Of a stretch of DNA of 64,000 nt, positions 51,776 to 60,725 are shown in pieces (position 1 is the stretch's first letter; the number at the start of each line of letters is the position of its first letter). Below the pieces are notes generated by a model. That model saw only the letters and a list, made by a program, of their open reading frames with translations. It had not been told where the DNA came from and made no database searches. Both the position numbers and the translations under genes were made by a program. The DNA comes from an uncultured Methanoregulaceae archaeon (lineage in GTDB: Archaea > Halobacteriota > Methanomicrobia > Methanomicrobiales > Methanospirillaceae). The stretch covers positions 1,152,001 through 1,216,000 of the forward strand of contig OY970343.1 of assembly GCA_963717525.1 (NCBI GenBank), in the 5' to 3' direction.

Positions 51776-52940
51776 TGTCTGCCACCTCGCAGATCGCGGT
51801 GATCGCCTTCCTGCATTCGTCCATCGTGGTAAAGTAGCCAGGGCTCACCCGGATGCAGCCGGTTCCATTATCGATACGCTCGTGGACAAGCGGTGCGCAG
51901 TGGAGGCCGGTCCGGGTGATGATCCTATAGGCCCGCGATAGAATATATCCGGCGTCATCGGGAGGGATCCCGGCAATGTTGAAAGATATGACCGGAAGAT
52001 CGGGATCCGAGGAGTACAACCTGATGTTCCGGTGCCCGGCAAGTTCACGGGTGAAGAGGTGCGTGAGCGTGCGATCATGCGCACCGATAGCATCGATACC
52101 GGTCCTGTTGATAAAGCGAAGGCCGGCATACAGGGAGGCAATACCGGGATAGTTGGGAGTGCCGGCCTCGAAACGCTCAGGCATCCCGGCCGGGTGAGAA
52201 AGCGTCCGCGAATCGGTACCGGTCCCCCCTTCGCGGGTAATGGCCACCCGAGTGGGGTCCCGTATCCAGAAGCCGCCGGTCCCCGGCATGCCGTAGAGTG
52301 CCTTGTGGCCGGTGAAGACAAAGGCGTCCAGGGAAACCTGCGAAAGATCCAGCAGGACGAGGCCTGCAGTCTGCGATCCGTCGACAACAAAGAAAATATC
52401 GTTTACGGCAAGGTATTCCCCGACTGTTCGGATATCCTGTACCGTACCGAGCACATTGCTGCCATGCGTCATAACCACCAGCCGGGTTTCCGGCCGCACG
52501 GCTTTTTTTATGCTGCATGGGTCGACCCTGCCATCGGGGTCTGAAGGCACGACCGTGTACGACAGGCAACCGTCACGTTCGAGAGCATGGAGCGGGCGGA
52601 GCACGGAATTGTGTTCAAGATCGGTCGTGACTACATGGAACAGCGCATCATTGCGACGAGCAAAACCATGTATCAGGGTATTGAGCGAATCCGTCGCATT
52701 CGCGGTAAAGACCCAGCGATCCGGATGTTCTGCAGAGAAGAACTCTGCGAGGAGCTCCCGTGTCTCCGCCGGATAATCAGGGGCTGAAAAAAACGCCGAA
52801 CGCCCGGCCTCTGCAAACGGCTGGCTGAGGCATCGGGTCACCTCAGCAATCACCTCCGGGGGCTTGGGCCAGCTGGTCGCGGCATTATTGAGGTATATAA
52901 ACGGCGTTTTGGCCTGTTGATGCGGATCGGGGAGGGGCAT
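51762..52940 (-). CDS. Cysteine desulfurase-family PLP enzyme (SufS/class II-like)
   Basis: YLNNAATSWPKP, EHNSV, HGSNVLG, DGSQ, TGHK (PLP Lys) and RTGLHCAP (catalytic Cys). Confidence 0.9.
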   Translation of the reverse strand: MPLPDPHQQAKTPFIYLNNAATSWPKPPEVIAEVTRCLSQPFAEAGRSAFFSAPDYPAETRELLAEFFSAEHPDRWVFTANATDSLNTLIHGFARRNDALFHVVTTDLEHNSVLRPLHALERDGCLSYTVVPSDPDGRVDPCSIKKAVRPETRLVVMTHGSNVLGTVQDIRTVGEYLAVNDIFFVVDGSQTAGLVLLDLSQVSLDAFVFTGHKALYGMPGTGGFWIRDPTRVAITREGGTGTDSRTLSHPAGMPERFEAGTPNYPGIASLYAGLRFINRTGIDAIGAHDRTLTHLFTRELAGHRNIRLYSSDPDLPVISFNIAGIPPDDAGYILSRAYRIITRTGLHCAPLVHERIDNGTGCIRVSPGYFTTMDECRKAITAICEVADSADP

Positions 52941-53105
52941 GAGCGTACTACATACTTTTTACCGGCGTGCCTTAATGGCTTTGTCGATAATTTTTTAATC
53001 GGAACGCCGCATCCCGGCCCGGGTGACGTCAAAAAAAGATCAAATACAATATGCTAATAAAGCGTGAATTCCTATATGGAGATACACTATTTCGAGGCTA
53101 TTCCT

Positions 53106-53366
53106 ATGGACACGTACAGGTGCATGATGTGTGGTCATATCTATGACCCGGCAAAAGGCGAGCCTAAGGCATTCCAGACCATCCTGTGTAATTTTGAGCA
53201 CATGGATGATTACCAGTGCAAACCCGGTGCAGAGATGTCAGTCAAAGCAGGAACCTCCTTCTCCGCTCTTCCGGGTGACTGGAAGTGCCCGACCTGCGGG
53301 CACCCCAAGTCATATTACCAGAAGGTTGTCCCTGACACCCTTGCATCCATGCGAACGGTCAGCTGA
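53106..53366 (+). CDS. Rubredoxin with a ~22 aa insertion
   Basis: YRCMMCGHIYDP..GEP and GTSF..LP.DWKCPTCG.PK. Start moved to ATG 53106. Confidence 0.85.
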   Translation: MDTYRCMMCGHIYDPAKGEPKAFQTILCNFEHMDDYQCKPGAEMSVKAGTSFSALPGDWKCPTCGHPKSYYQKVVPDTLASMRTVS

Positions 53367-53523
53367 CTAAAAAGTACCGTCCGCATCCTTTTTTACAAAA
53401 TTTCATTAATTTTTTCCCATTTGTTTACAATAAATGATCCCCGGATAGCCGGGCCTGATCCACCGTTGCCGGTGCCAGGACGGGGATTATCTGATCATGA
53501 CTGTCGGGGTCTGAGTTCAGGAA

Positions 53524-53751
53524 TTACTGGTATCCAGCTACTTCGATGCGGGGGATCTTCCCCTCAATGGTCTCCTGGTACAGCCGCTCAGGGAATGTCG
53601 CATGGAAAAGGGCACTGTACGCCTCATAAGGCACCGGCGCATAATATCTCCGCACTCCTCCCGGTAAAACCACAACCAGTCTCTTGTTCTCGATATCGTA
53701 CCCCAGTTCGCGGATCCCATTGGAAACAAATCTGTCCCAGACTATACTCAT
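53524..53751 (-). CDS. KTSC-domain small protein
   Basis: SNGIRELGYD....L.V....G....Y..VP...Y..L pattern. Confidence 0.65.
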   Translation of the reverse strand: MSIVWDRFVSNGIRELGYDIENKRLVVVLPGGVRRYYAPVPYEAYSALFHATFPERLYQETIEGKIPRIEVAGYQ

Positions 53752-53861
53752 TGCACACAACCTCCATGCACAACCGGATTTGGTTGTAACTGCCGACCGT
53801 TATGCCTCCGGGACGATAAATGTTTGCCGGGAGCTGCAATTGAAAAAAGAGACCGAAGAGG

Positions 53862-54737
53862 CTATCCTTCAATCATTTTCACAATGGTCTTTTTGAACTC
53901 ATCAAACTCGAGATCGTCAAGCTGCTCGGGGAGCATCGCACCGCTCGAAGCCTGCCGGTAGATCCAGTAGATGATACGGTCCACCACCCGTAAGACATCC
54001 TCATGAGACTTGACCGTGACTAAGTGCCGCCCGATTTTCGGGTGCCTGCCCCGGCGTCCCCCGACCGTGATCCGGTACTCCGGGTCATCGGCAGAGATGA
54101 GTTTGAACGGGCAGGGGAGGATGCAGAAGCCACACTCCATGCAGAGTTCCTTGTGGAGGACGATGACGCCATTGTCGACCTCGATGGCCTTCTCCCTGCA
54201 GTAATGGGTGCAGGTTCCGCAGCCGGTGCAGAGGCCGGGATCCCGGATCGGGCGCCGGGTACCAGTGATGCCGATCTCGTTGAGGCGTTCGCTCTCGCAA
54301 CCGTTAGGACAGGATGAAATGGCAATACGAACCTTGACAGGCAGTTCCCTGCCGAAAAACTTCTTGTCGATCTCCTGGGCGAGCCCGACACTGTCGATGA
54401 TGCCGAACTTGCAGTGCCGGTTCCCCATGCATGCGGTCACATTGACGACTTCCTCGCGTTCTGCTCCTAGAGGTGTGCCGTTCTTTTCCAGGTCCCCGAC
54501 GAGCTCTTCGAGCTGGCCCGGGTCCACATGAGGCAACTCCACGGTCTGCCGGGTCGTGAGATGGAGGTCTTTTACCCCGTAACGACTCGCAATCTCACCG
54601 AGCCCCTGCATCTGTGCCGGGGTGATCATCCCGGCCGGCATGCGGAGGCGGACGATAACAAAGTTGGGATCGCATTCCGTGATGATCCCACCCCGGGTAT
54701 AGAGTTCCTGATTGATCTGATATTTTTTGAATACCAT
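53862..54737 (-). CDS. Nitrite/sulfite reductase-like protein (Dsr-like) with ferredoxin domain
   Basis: VRLRMPAG and LHLTTRQ; siroheme-type C-x5-C (CMGNRHC) and C-x3-C (CPNGC); CTGCGTC..C and CMECGFC..CP. Confidence 0.88.
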   Translation of the reverse strand: MVFKKYQINQELYTRGGIITECDPNFVIVRLRMPAGMITPAQMQGLGEIASRYGVKDLHLTTRQTVELPHVDPGQLEELVGDLEKNGTPLGAEREEVVNVTACMGNRHCKFGIIDSVGLAQEIDKKFFGRELPVKVRIAISSCPNGCESERLNEIGITGTRRPIRDPGLCTGCGTCTHYCREKAIEVDNGVIVLHKELCMECGFCILPCPFKLISADDPEYRITVGGRRGRHPKIGRHLVTVKSHEDVLRVVDRIIYWIYRQASSGAMLPEQLDDLEFDEFKKTIVKMIEG

Positions 54738-54837
54738 AACTGACTATTCCTTCGATGCAGCAACGGATAGAGGTTACGAATGTACCCTAACTGGTAAAGT
54801 ACAAATGATTATTAGACTCCGTCGCGAAGTATGTACC

Positions 54838-55410
54838 ATGGTGAAGCATTCCGAATACATGGAGGCATTTTTTGGCGTGGAGCTGAACCAGAAGTTCGAA
54901 GATATGATAAACGAACTCAAGGATACTGAGGACAACTTAAAAGAGCTCTCCCTTGAGATTGCGAAACTGGAGGGAACCAGGGATACTGCAGAATTCAGCG
55001 AATCCATCAAGGAATGCAGGGCCGTGGCGTACGAGAATGCGCAGCAGATAAAGGATGTGCGCACGTTTCTGGATTTCTACCTCAAATCAGACAAGACCTC
55101 AACTCATATCATTCTCGAACGGGATGCTTACATGAAAATATACCAGATCTTCAAATGGGACGGGTCAGATGTCCGGGATCTCAAGCGCTGGATTGCGGAT
55201 CTCAAGGAGATCTGCGATAAGATCGGGTTAAACATGCGGGATCTCATCAACTTCAAGAAACTGACGTCGCAGCCGGTGCCCCCGGAACTGGTAAAGTTCC
55301 CCGTATATGCTCTCGACCGGCAGGGATACTGCCTGACCGGCCCGGGATTTGATATGGTCCTCCATATCGATGAAGTCCGCGAACAGATGGACAGCAATTC
55401 TCACGAATAA
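54838..55410 (+). CDS. Hypothetical protein (helical/coiled-coil N-terminus)
   Basis: 190 aa ORF with native codon style from ATG 54838; C-terminal FPVYALDRQGYCLTG. Confidence 0.75.
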   Translation: MVKHSEYMEAFFGVELNQKFEDMINELKDTEDNLKELSLEIAKLEGTRDTAEFSESIKECRAVAYENAQQIKDVRTFLDFYLKSDKTSTHIILERDAYMKIYQIFKWDGSDVRDLKRWIADLKEICDKIGLNMRDLINFKKLTSQPVPPELVKFPVYALDRQGYCLTGPGFDMVLHIDEVREQMDSNSHE

Positions 55411-55587
55411 GATTTTTTTTCTTTGGGACCGGAAGCCGGCATGCCGTCGCCGGTTGTAGTTCTCCATCGTTTTGCCGGTCAGGGTAAGTATTCCCGATTA
55501 AAAGCAGGGATTATCAATAAAAAATCTGTACACCCTGGAGAACATAATAGATAAATAACGTGATCTTCAAATCATCAGTATCCCTGC

Positions 55588-56832
55588 ATGACTGCCCATT
55601 TTTTTCTGATAAGGGACATTCTTATCCCGGAGCGGCTCGACTGGATCGATGAGCTGCTGAAGTTTTATTTTTTAAAACTCAACCCCCAGAGTTTCCGCCA
55701 TACCTCCCATGACCGGGAAGCAGCGTTCACCTTTTTCCTGACCGGTGACGCCCTGTATAGTCTCCAGAACCCGCAGATGGTCGAACTCTGGGAAAGCATA
55801 TTCTCGCTTCCCTCGATAAAAATAGTCTGCGACCAGGAAGAGCTTGCCCTTCGGGGTATCACCGTTGAACACCTGAAAATGAAAAACCCGGATCTGGTGA
55901 TCACCCATAACAGCCTTGCGCTTAACGGGCGGCCGTCCTTCTGGAAAGACGTCATGAAATACGCCCGCCAGCACGAGCAGCCGATCCCGAGCACCATCGG
56001 GTACCTCCACATGGCCTCACCTTACATGCACCGTTCCTCCGGCATCCTCCTCCACTGCCTTGGAGCGGCACTTGAATCCCAAACCTCGTGGGATCTCTAC
56101 TGCTACCTCGACGGGATCCACATCGGACACCAGGGCCAGAACCCGCTCGATATGGAGAATATTGGGGATGGCCTGGAGGATCTTGAGGACCGGGCGGGTA
56201 AACGCGGCCTCCACGGCCAGATCACCGCCAGTGCCACGTGTGCGAGTGCACGGGGGTACTGTACCCGGGAAGAGGGAAAGGAGGGGCTCGTTCCGGCCTG
56301 CACCATCCAGCCAGTGAAGATCCGGGATCTCCACACTATTGCCGCGCAATTCCGGAGCAACCATATCATCCTTGCCGAAAACTGTGCCAGGATCTCCCTG
56401 AGAAAAGAGAATATCCGGCCAACCCTGAGTTTTGATGAGAAATGGAGGGTCCCGCCGGTGACGATCCTTGTCACTCATCACCCGTACGGTTCGGAGTTTG
56501 CCTCGGGCGCGGTTGCCTTTGCCATCGCGTGTGCCGAAAAGGAGATCCAGACCCGCGTCGTCTTCATCGAAGACGGCGTGTATGCTCTTTCCGGCTTACA
56601 CTCATGCGCCAGCCGGCCACAGTGCCTCAACCTGCAGGAGAAGATCGATGCCGTATCCGGAAGCGAGAACCTCCAGTTTTTTGTTTTTGCTCCTTCCCTG
56701 CAGGCAAGGAACATGAGCAAGAACCCGAAACTGACCGGGGTGCTCCCGATCGGTATCTCGGATCTCGGCAACCTCCTCTTCTACCCGCCGACAGGCATCG
56801 TGGCTAATCACCAGAGGATCCTGTTCTTTTGA
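55588..56832 (+). CDS. Three-domain DsrH/DsrE/DsrF(TusBDC)-like fusion protein, copy 2
   Basis: FLTGDALY..CDQEELALRG; ASPY..YLDG..GQNP..SATCASARG; VTHHPYG..FIEDGVY..ARN. It ends in RILFF like copy 1. Confidence 0.8.
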   Translation: MTAHFFLIRDILIPERLDWIDELLKFYFLKLNPQSFRHTSHDREAAFTFFLTGDALYSLQNPQMVELWESIFSLPSIKIVCDQEELALRGITVEHLKMKNPDLVITHNSLALNGRPSFWKDVMKYARQHEQPIPSTIGYLHMASPYMHRSSGILLHCLGAALESQTSWDLYCYLDGIHIGHQGQNPLDMENIGDGLEDLEDRAGKRGLHGQITASATCASARGYCTREEGKEGLVPACTIQPVKIRDLHTIAAQFRSNHIILAENCARISLRKENIRPTLSFDEKWRVPPVTILVTHHPYGSEFASGAVAFAIACAEKEIQTRVVFIEDGVYALSGLHSCASRPQCLNLQEKIDAVSGSENLQFFVFAPSLQARNMSKNPKLTGVLPIGISDLGNLLFYPPTGIVANHQRILFF

Positions 56833-56958
56833 CAGGACTCATTACCTGCGTATTACTCGCGGTATTCCCGTTCCAGCCACACCTGATTCCACTCCCCGGT
56901 GTGCTTGACTCCGGTGATGAGGTGTATGTCGTTCTATACTACACAACTCGGTATTACC

Positions 56959-57708
56959 CTAGATACCTTCTGATGCACTCAGCGCGGCCCCGATTGCACC
57001 CACAATCTGAGGATCGGGCGGTACAAAAACAGGTCTGCCCGTCTCGTTTTCAAGAAGAGTCCGTGCGCAGTTATTCAGTGCAACACCCCCGGCAAAAAAG
57101 ATCTTCCCCGCAGGGGCAACCCGATTCAAGAGGCCTGCGGAACGGCTGATAATCGCTTTATGAACGCCTAAAGCAACCTCATTGCGATCCGCTCCCTGGG
57201 AAATAAGGGAAACCACCTCGGATTCTGCAAACACGGTGCACATGCTGTTGATCTTTTCCGCTTTTTTCGCAGAAAGAGCCGCAGCGGAGAACTCTTCCAG
57301 CGTGAAACCGAGTACGGTCGCCATGACCTCAAGGAATCGCCCGGTGCCTGCGGCACACCGATCATTCATCTCGAATTTACACAGGTTACCTTCACAATCC
57401 AGAGAAATGGCCTTGGTGTCCTGTCCGCCAATGTCAAGGATCGACCCGCAGTCGTTTGAAAAAAAGCGGGAACCCCGGACAAAGGCCGTGATCTCGCTGA
57501 TCACCGGGCAGTCGAGGTGCCCCCTGATCAGGTGACGCCCGTATCCGGTGGCTGTTACCCGGTCATACTCCACGCCCTCAAGGAGATCACGGGCGATCCC
57601 CAGCGGGTTATGGGAGGTTACAGATTTGCGGGAAAGGACAAGCCTGCCGTTTTCAAGCACGGCAAGCTTGATGGTACGCGATCCGATATCAATTCCCGCG
57701 CATCTCAT
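56959..57708 (-). CDS. ATP-dependent activator (HgdC/BadF-type; double-cubane protein reductase-like)
   Basis: GIDIGS, TGYGR, DIGGQDTK, MNDRCAAGTGRFL and CTVFAESE. Confidence 0.92.
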   Translation of the reverse strand: MRCAGIDIGSRTIKLAVLENGRLVLSRKSVTSHNPLGIARDLLEGVEYDRVTATGYGRHLIRGHLDCPVISEITAFVRGSRFFSNDCGSILDIGGQDTKAISLDCEGNLCKFEMNDRCAAGTGRFLEVMATVLGFTLEEFSAAALSAKKAEKINSMCTVFAESEVVSLISQGADRNEVALGVHKAIISRSAGLLNRVAPAGKIFFAGGVALNNCARTLLENETGRPVFVPPDPQIVGAIGAALSASEGI

Positions 57709-58984
57709 TTCTTCTTCAGGCGCTCGTTAAATGCCTCAATCCGTGTCTTGAGCTGCCCGACATCTTCCTGGCTGTAATCGGTCTCAAGTCGCAGGGTAGG
57801 GATGTGCGATTTTTCCAGTTCCTTCTCCACCGGGCCGCTCTCGATAATATAGGGCTGGCAGAACTGCAGGCTGTAATGGATGACACCATCTGCGTGGAGT
57901 TTTTTTGTCATTTCCTTTACGTAATCAACACGCGAGGGGTTTGGCGTAAAGACTGCACAGTCAACATTGAAATACCGGTCGGTAATGGCATCAAGCAGTT
58001 CTTCCACGGTGTTGCCCTTTACTTCGGTCAGCCACCGTGTGCCCCGTTCTCCCACACAGGACTCCTCGCCCACGATGACGGCATTGCTCGTCTCAACAAG
58101 CATCGGCAGCTTCCAGTTCGGAACGGCCATCGGGCATCCAGATATAATGATACGTGTTGTTCCCTTGGGAGCCACACCCTTATGATCTTTTACCCGCTGC
58201 TCCAGCTCGTCGCAGAGCTTGTTGACCGAATCAGTGAACCGGACAGGATCATCGTGGAAGAAGACCTGGTTGATGAGGAGGGCATCAAGGCCTGAGATCG
58301 GGGCCGGGTCTGCGGCACGGATCGCGGCAAGCCGTATCATCGCCTTCCTCTTTGCATTGACGATATCGATGGCTTTCTTAAGCGATTGGACGGTTATCTT
58401 CTTCCCACTCTCTTTTTCGAGTTTTGCAATGAACTTGCGGTACTCCTCTTTGAGTACCAGCCGGCCTGTCTCGCTCTTTGTCTGCGGGAGATCCATGACG
58501 TAGAGATCCTTTACGAGAGGTCTGAAGATCTCATAGGCCTTTTTCTTGCCATCGCAGGTGTTCTCGCCTACGATCACATCGCACGACTCCACGTAGGGAC
58601 AGAGTTTCCCGAGCTTGAACCCGAACATGGACTTGATGAGTGAACAGGTATTCCTGGGGAGCAGTGCTTCGGCGGCTTCAAAATTCAGCTCGGCACCGGC
58701 GCACAGGCCGACGGCAACACCGTCAACGGCAAGGACGAGTTCCTCCGGGACAAAGACACAGTACGATCCGATCACTTTCCGGCCCTGTGCCTTTGCGTCG
58801 ACGAGTTCCTTGATCCGGAGACCGTGGACCTCGCTCATAACAAAATCGAAGTACTTCATCCCTTCCGGCGGTTCTTCTGGGAAAGGAAGATGTCTGTGTA
58901 TGCTTTTCCCAAAACTGCAAGAAGTGCATCGTGGTTTTTTACATCAATGCCCAGTGATTTCCACATTTCCGTATAATCTGCCAT
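57705..58984 (-). CDS. 2-hydroxyacyl-CoA dehydratase-family, double-cubane-cluster-type reductase (~426 aa; frameshift at ~58867)
   Basis: ATG 58984 MADYTEMWKSLGIDVKNHDALL...LSQKNR joins (P)EGMKYFDFVMSEVHGLRIKEL once one C is restored. Motifs YCVFVPEE, LCAG, NTC, ENTCDGKKK, ESCVG, DCAVFTPN, QFCQP and ETDYS..D.GQL.TR.EAF. Confidence 0.85.
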
Positions 58985-59009
58985 GGTGTATGACCTGCCT
59001 TTTTTAATG

Positions 59010-59531
59010 TTAGATCTTTTTCACTTCGGCTTTCAGGGTAATTGCATGCTGGATGGTGAACATGCCCATGCAATGTGTGAGAGAATACTCCTTGAGGTCC
59101 GCAAGCTGAGCCTCGGTGACATCGCCCTTGACATCCATGAAGACACGGAATCCATTCACGAGTGGCTGTTTCCCGAGATCGAATTGGGCGGTGTAATCGA
59201 GGTCTGCCTCAACCCGGGTCTTCACATTCGTAAGCGTGATATTTCTCAGGGAGGCTTCGGTAACAAGGGTGCTTGAGAAACAGGCAGCAAACCAAAAGAG
59301 GCCAAACGCCATCGGCCCGGGACGGCTTGCAGGCCCGGCGAAGTTCGGGTGACAGGCTTCCATCGTATAGGTACCGTCCTTTACCTTGACAATCGACCGG
59401 AACTGCGGGCCGCCTTCCTCAAAGAGCCAGTCTCCCTCGATCTTTGCTGTGAATTTTGCATCAACCGGCTTGTTCCGGATCTCCTTTTTGTAATCTACAA
59501 CCTGCTTGGTGTCGATGTTGTTCAGACCCAT
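59010..59531 (-). CDS. OsmC/Ohr-like family protein
   Basis: LNNID...EGDW...G....PGP......AAC...T and a second Cys (HCMG) near the C-terminus. It ends 25 bp before the dehydratase-family start. Confidence 0.7.
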   Translation of the reverse strand: MGLNNIDTKQVVDYKKEIRNKPVDAKFTAKIEGDWLFEEGGPQFRSIVKVKDGTYTMEACHPNFAGPASRPGPMAFGLFWFAACFSSTLVTEASLRNITLTNVKTRVEADLDYTAQFDLGKQPLVNGFRVFMDVKGDVTEAQLADLKEYSLTHCMGMFTIQHAITLKAEVKKI

Positions 59532-59937
59532 AAGTTAACACCCATTGAATGTTGAGCAACATAGGTAAAAAAGTTTTAGTAAATACCATGAATTAATGAA
59601 GACTCATATTTGACACACGATGAGCACGACTTCATGATAAAAAAAACATGGACATGATCCACCCGTTATACAAAAAAGGGTGTTTATGCCTTCGCCTCAG
59701 CTCAAAAGTTATGGGGGACATTCCCCTCCCCCCTTTGGTGCACACGGTATTTTGGGTGAAGCGGCTATAAGGTATCAGGATGTTTTCTTTCCAGCAGTTC
59801 TGTTGTATCATGTAAAGGCTGACCCTTGTTGAGATCACCCCTTCAGGAACCTGATAATCGAATCCGTCATAGAACAATCCCGAAACCATGGTAATTTAAC
59901 TGGTACCTCATGCGCACCCGGCAGTTACTAGAGAAAT

Positions 59938-60717
59938 CTACTCTTTATCTGTATGCGGGGAGAGTTCATGCTCATCGGGCAGGTTTTTGTGACGCCGCTG
60001 TGCTTCTTTCTCCCGTTCGAGTGCATCGGGATCAACATGCCACTCGGTCCGGCGCAGGAGGCCGTGGACAGTGCTTGCCTCCCGGGTTGTCAGGCCGGCC
60101 CTCCCTAGGATGCGCCGGATCATGATCATCGTGTTCTCGCGCTTGAAGGCCGGGTGATGCACTGAGTCCAGAAACCGGTCGATGTGCCGGTACAAATGCC
60201 CCATCTCATAGGGGGAGGCGAGCCGGTACTGGGGAGGGGGGAGATGTGCAAGCTCGTAACAGACGACGCCGACCGCATGGGAGAGATTCATGATCGGGTA
60301 CTCATCCGCGGTCGGGATCGTGCAGATCATATCGCTGCGTTTCACCTCATCGTTGTTGAGCCCCCAGTTCTCGCGGCCAAAGAGGATGGAGACTCTCCCT
60401 TCCGCTGTGCCGATGCGGTCGCGCAGTTCGCGGGGTGAGTAAAACGGCATTCTCATCGGGGTGCAGACCGACTTGCTCACCTGCCCGGTCGTTGCAACAA
60501 CGATGCTGCTCCGGGCAAAGACGTCCTCGATGGTACAGATCTCAGCGTTTTTTAGAACATCCTGTGCATGGGAGGCCCGGCCTTTGGCTTCCTCGCCCAG
60601 CGTGCAGGGGTCGACCAGCACCATCCGGGTGAACCCGAAATTCTTCATCACCCGTGCGGCGAATCCCACGTTTCCCTCATATAAGGGGGCAACGAGCACG
60701 ATGTCGATCTCGGGCAT
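59938..60717 (-). CDS. trmJ: SPOUT RNA methyltransferase, TrmJ family
   Basis: EGNVGFAARVMKNFG, FGRENWGLNN, IPT..EYPIMNLSHAV and LT.RE. Confidence 0.88.
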   Translation of the reverse strand: MPEIDIVLVAPLYEGNVGFAARVMKNFGFTRMVLVDPCTLGEEAKGRASHAQDVLKNAEICTIEDVFARSSIVVATTGQVSKSVCTPMRMPFYSPRELRDRIGTAEGRVSILFGRENWGLNNDEVKRSDMICTIPTADEYPIMNLSHAVGVVCYELAHLPPPQYRLASPYEMGHLYRHIDRFLDSVHHPAFKRENTMIMIRRILGRAGLTTREASTVHGLLRRTEWHVDPDALEREKEAQRRHKNLPDEHELSPHTDKE

Positions 60718-60725
60718 AAAAAAAG

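Noticed and set aside
56833..56958. Possible structured RNA between DsrE-fusion copy 2 and the activator
   Set aside because: Only short imperfect stems are present, which convergent termination would explain.
59632..59889. 85 aa ORF upstream of the OsmC operon
   Set aside because: It has no recognisable motif and its 3' half runs through A/T tracts that look like promoter DNA, so I cannot support it.
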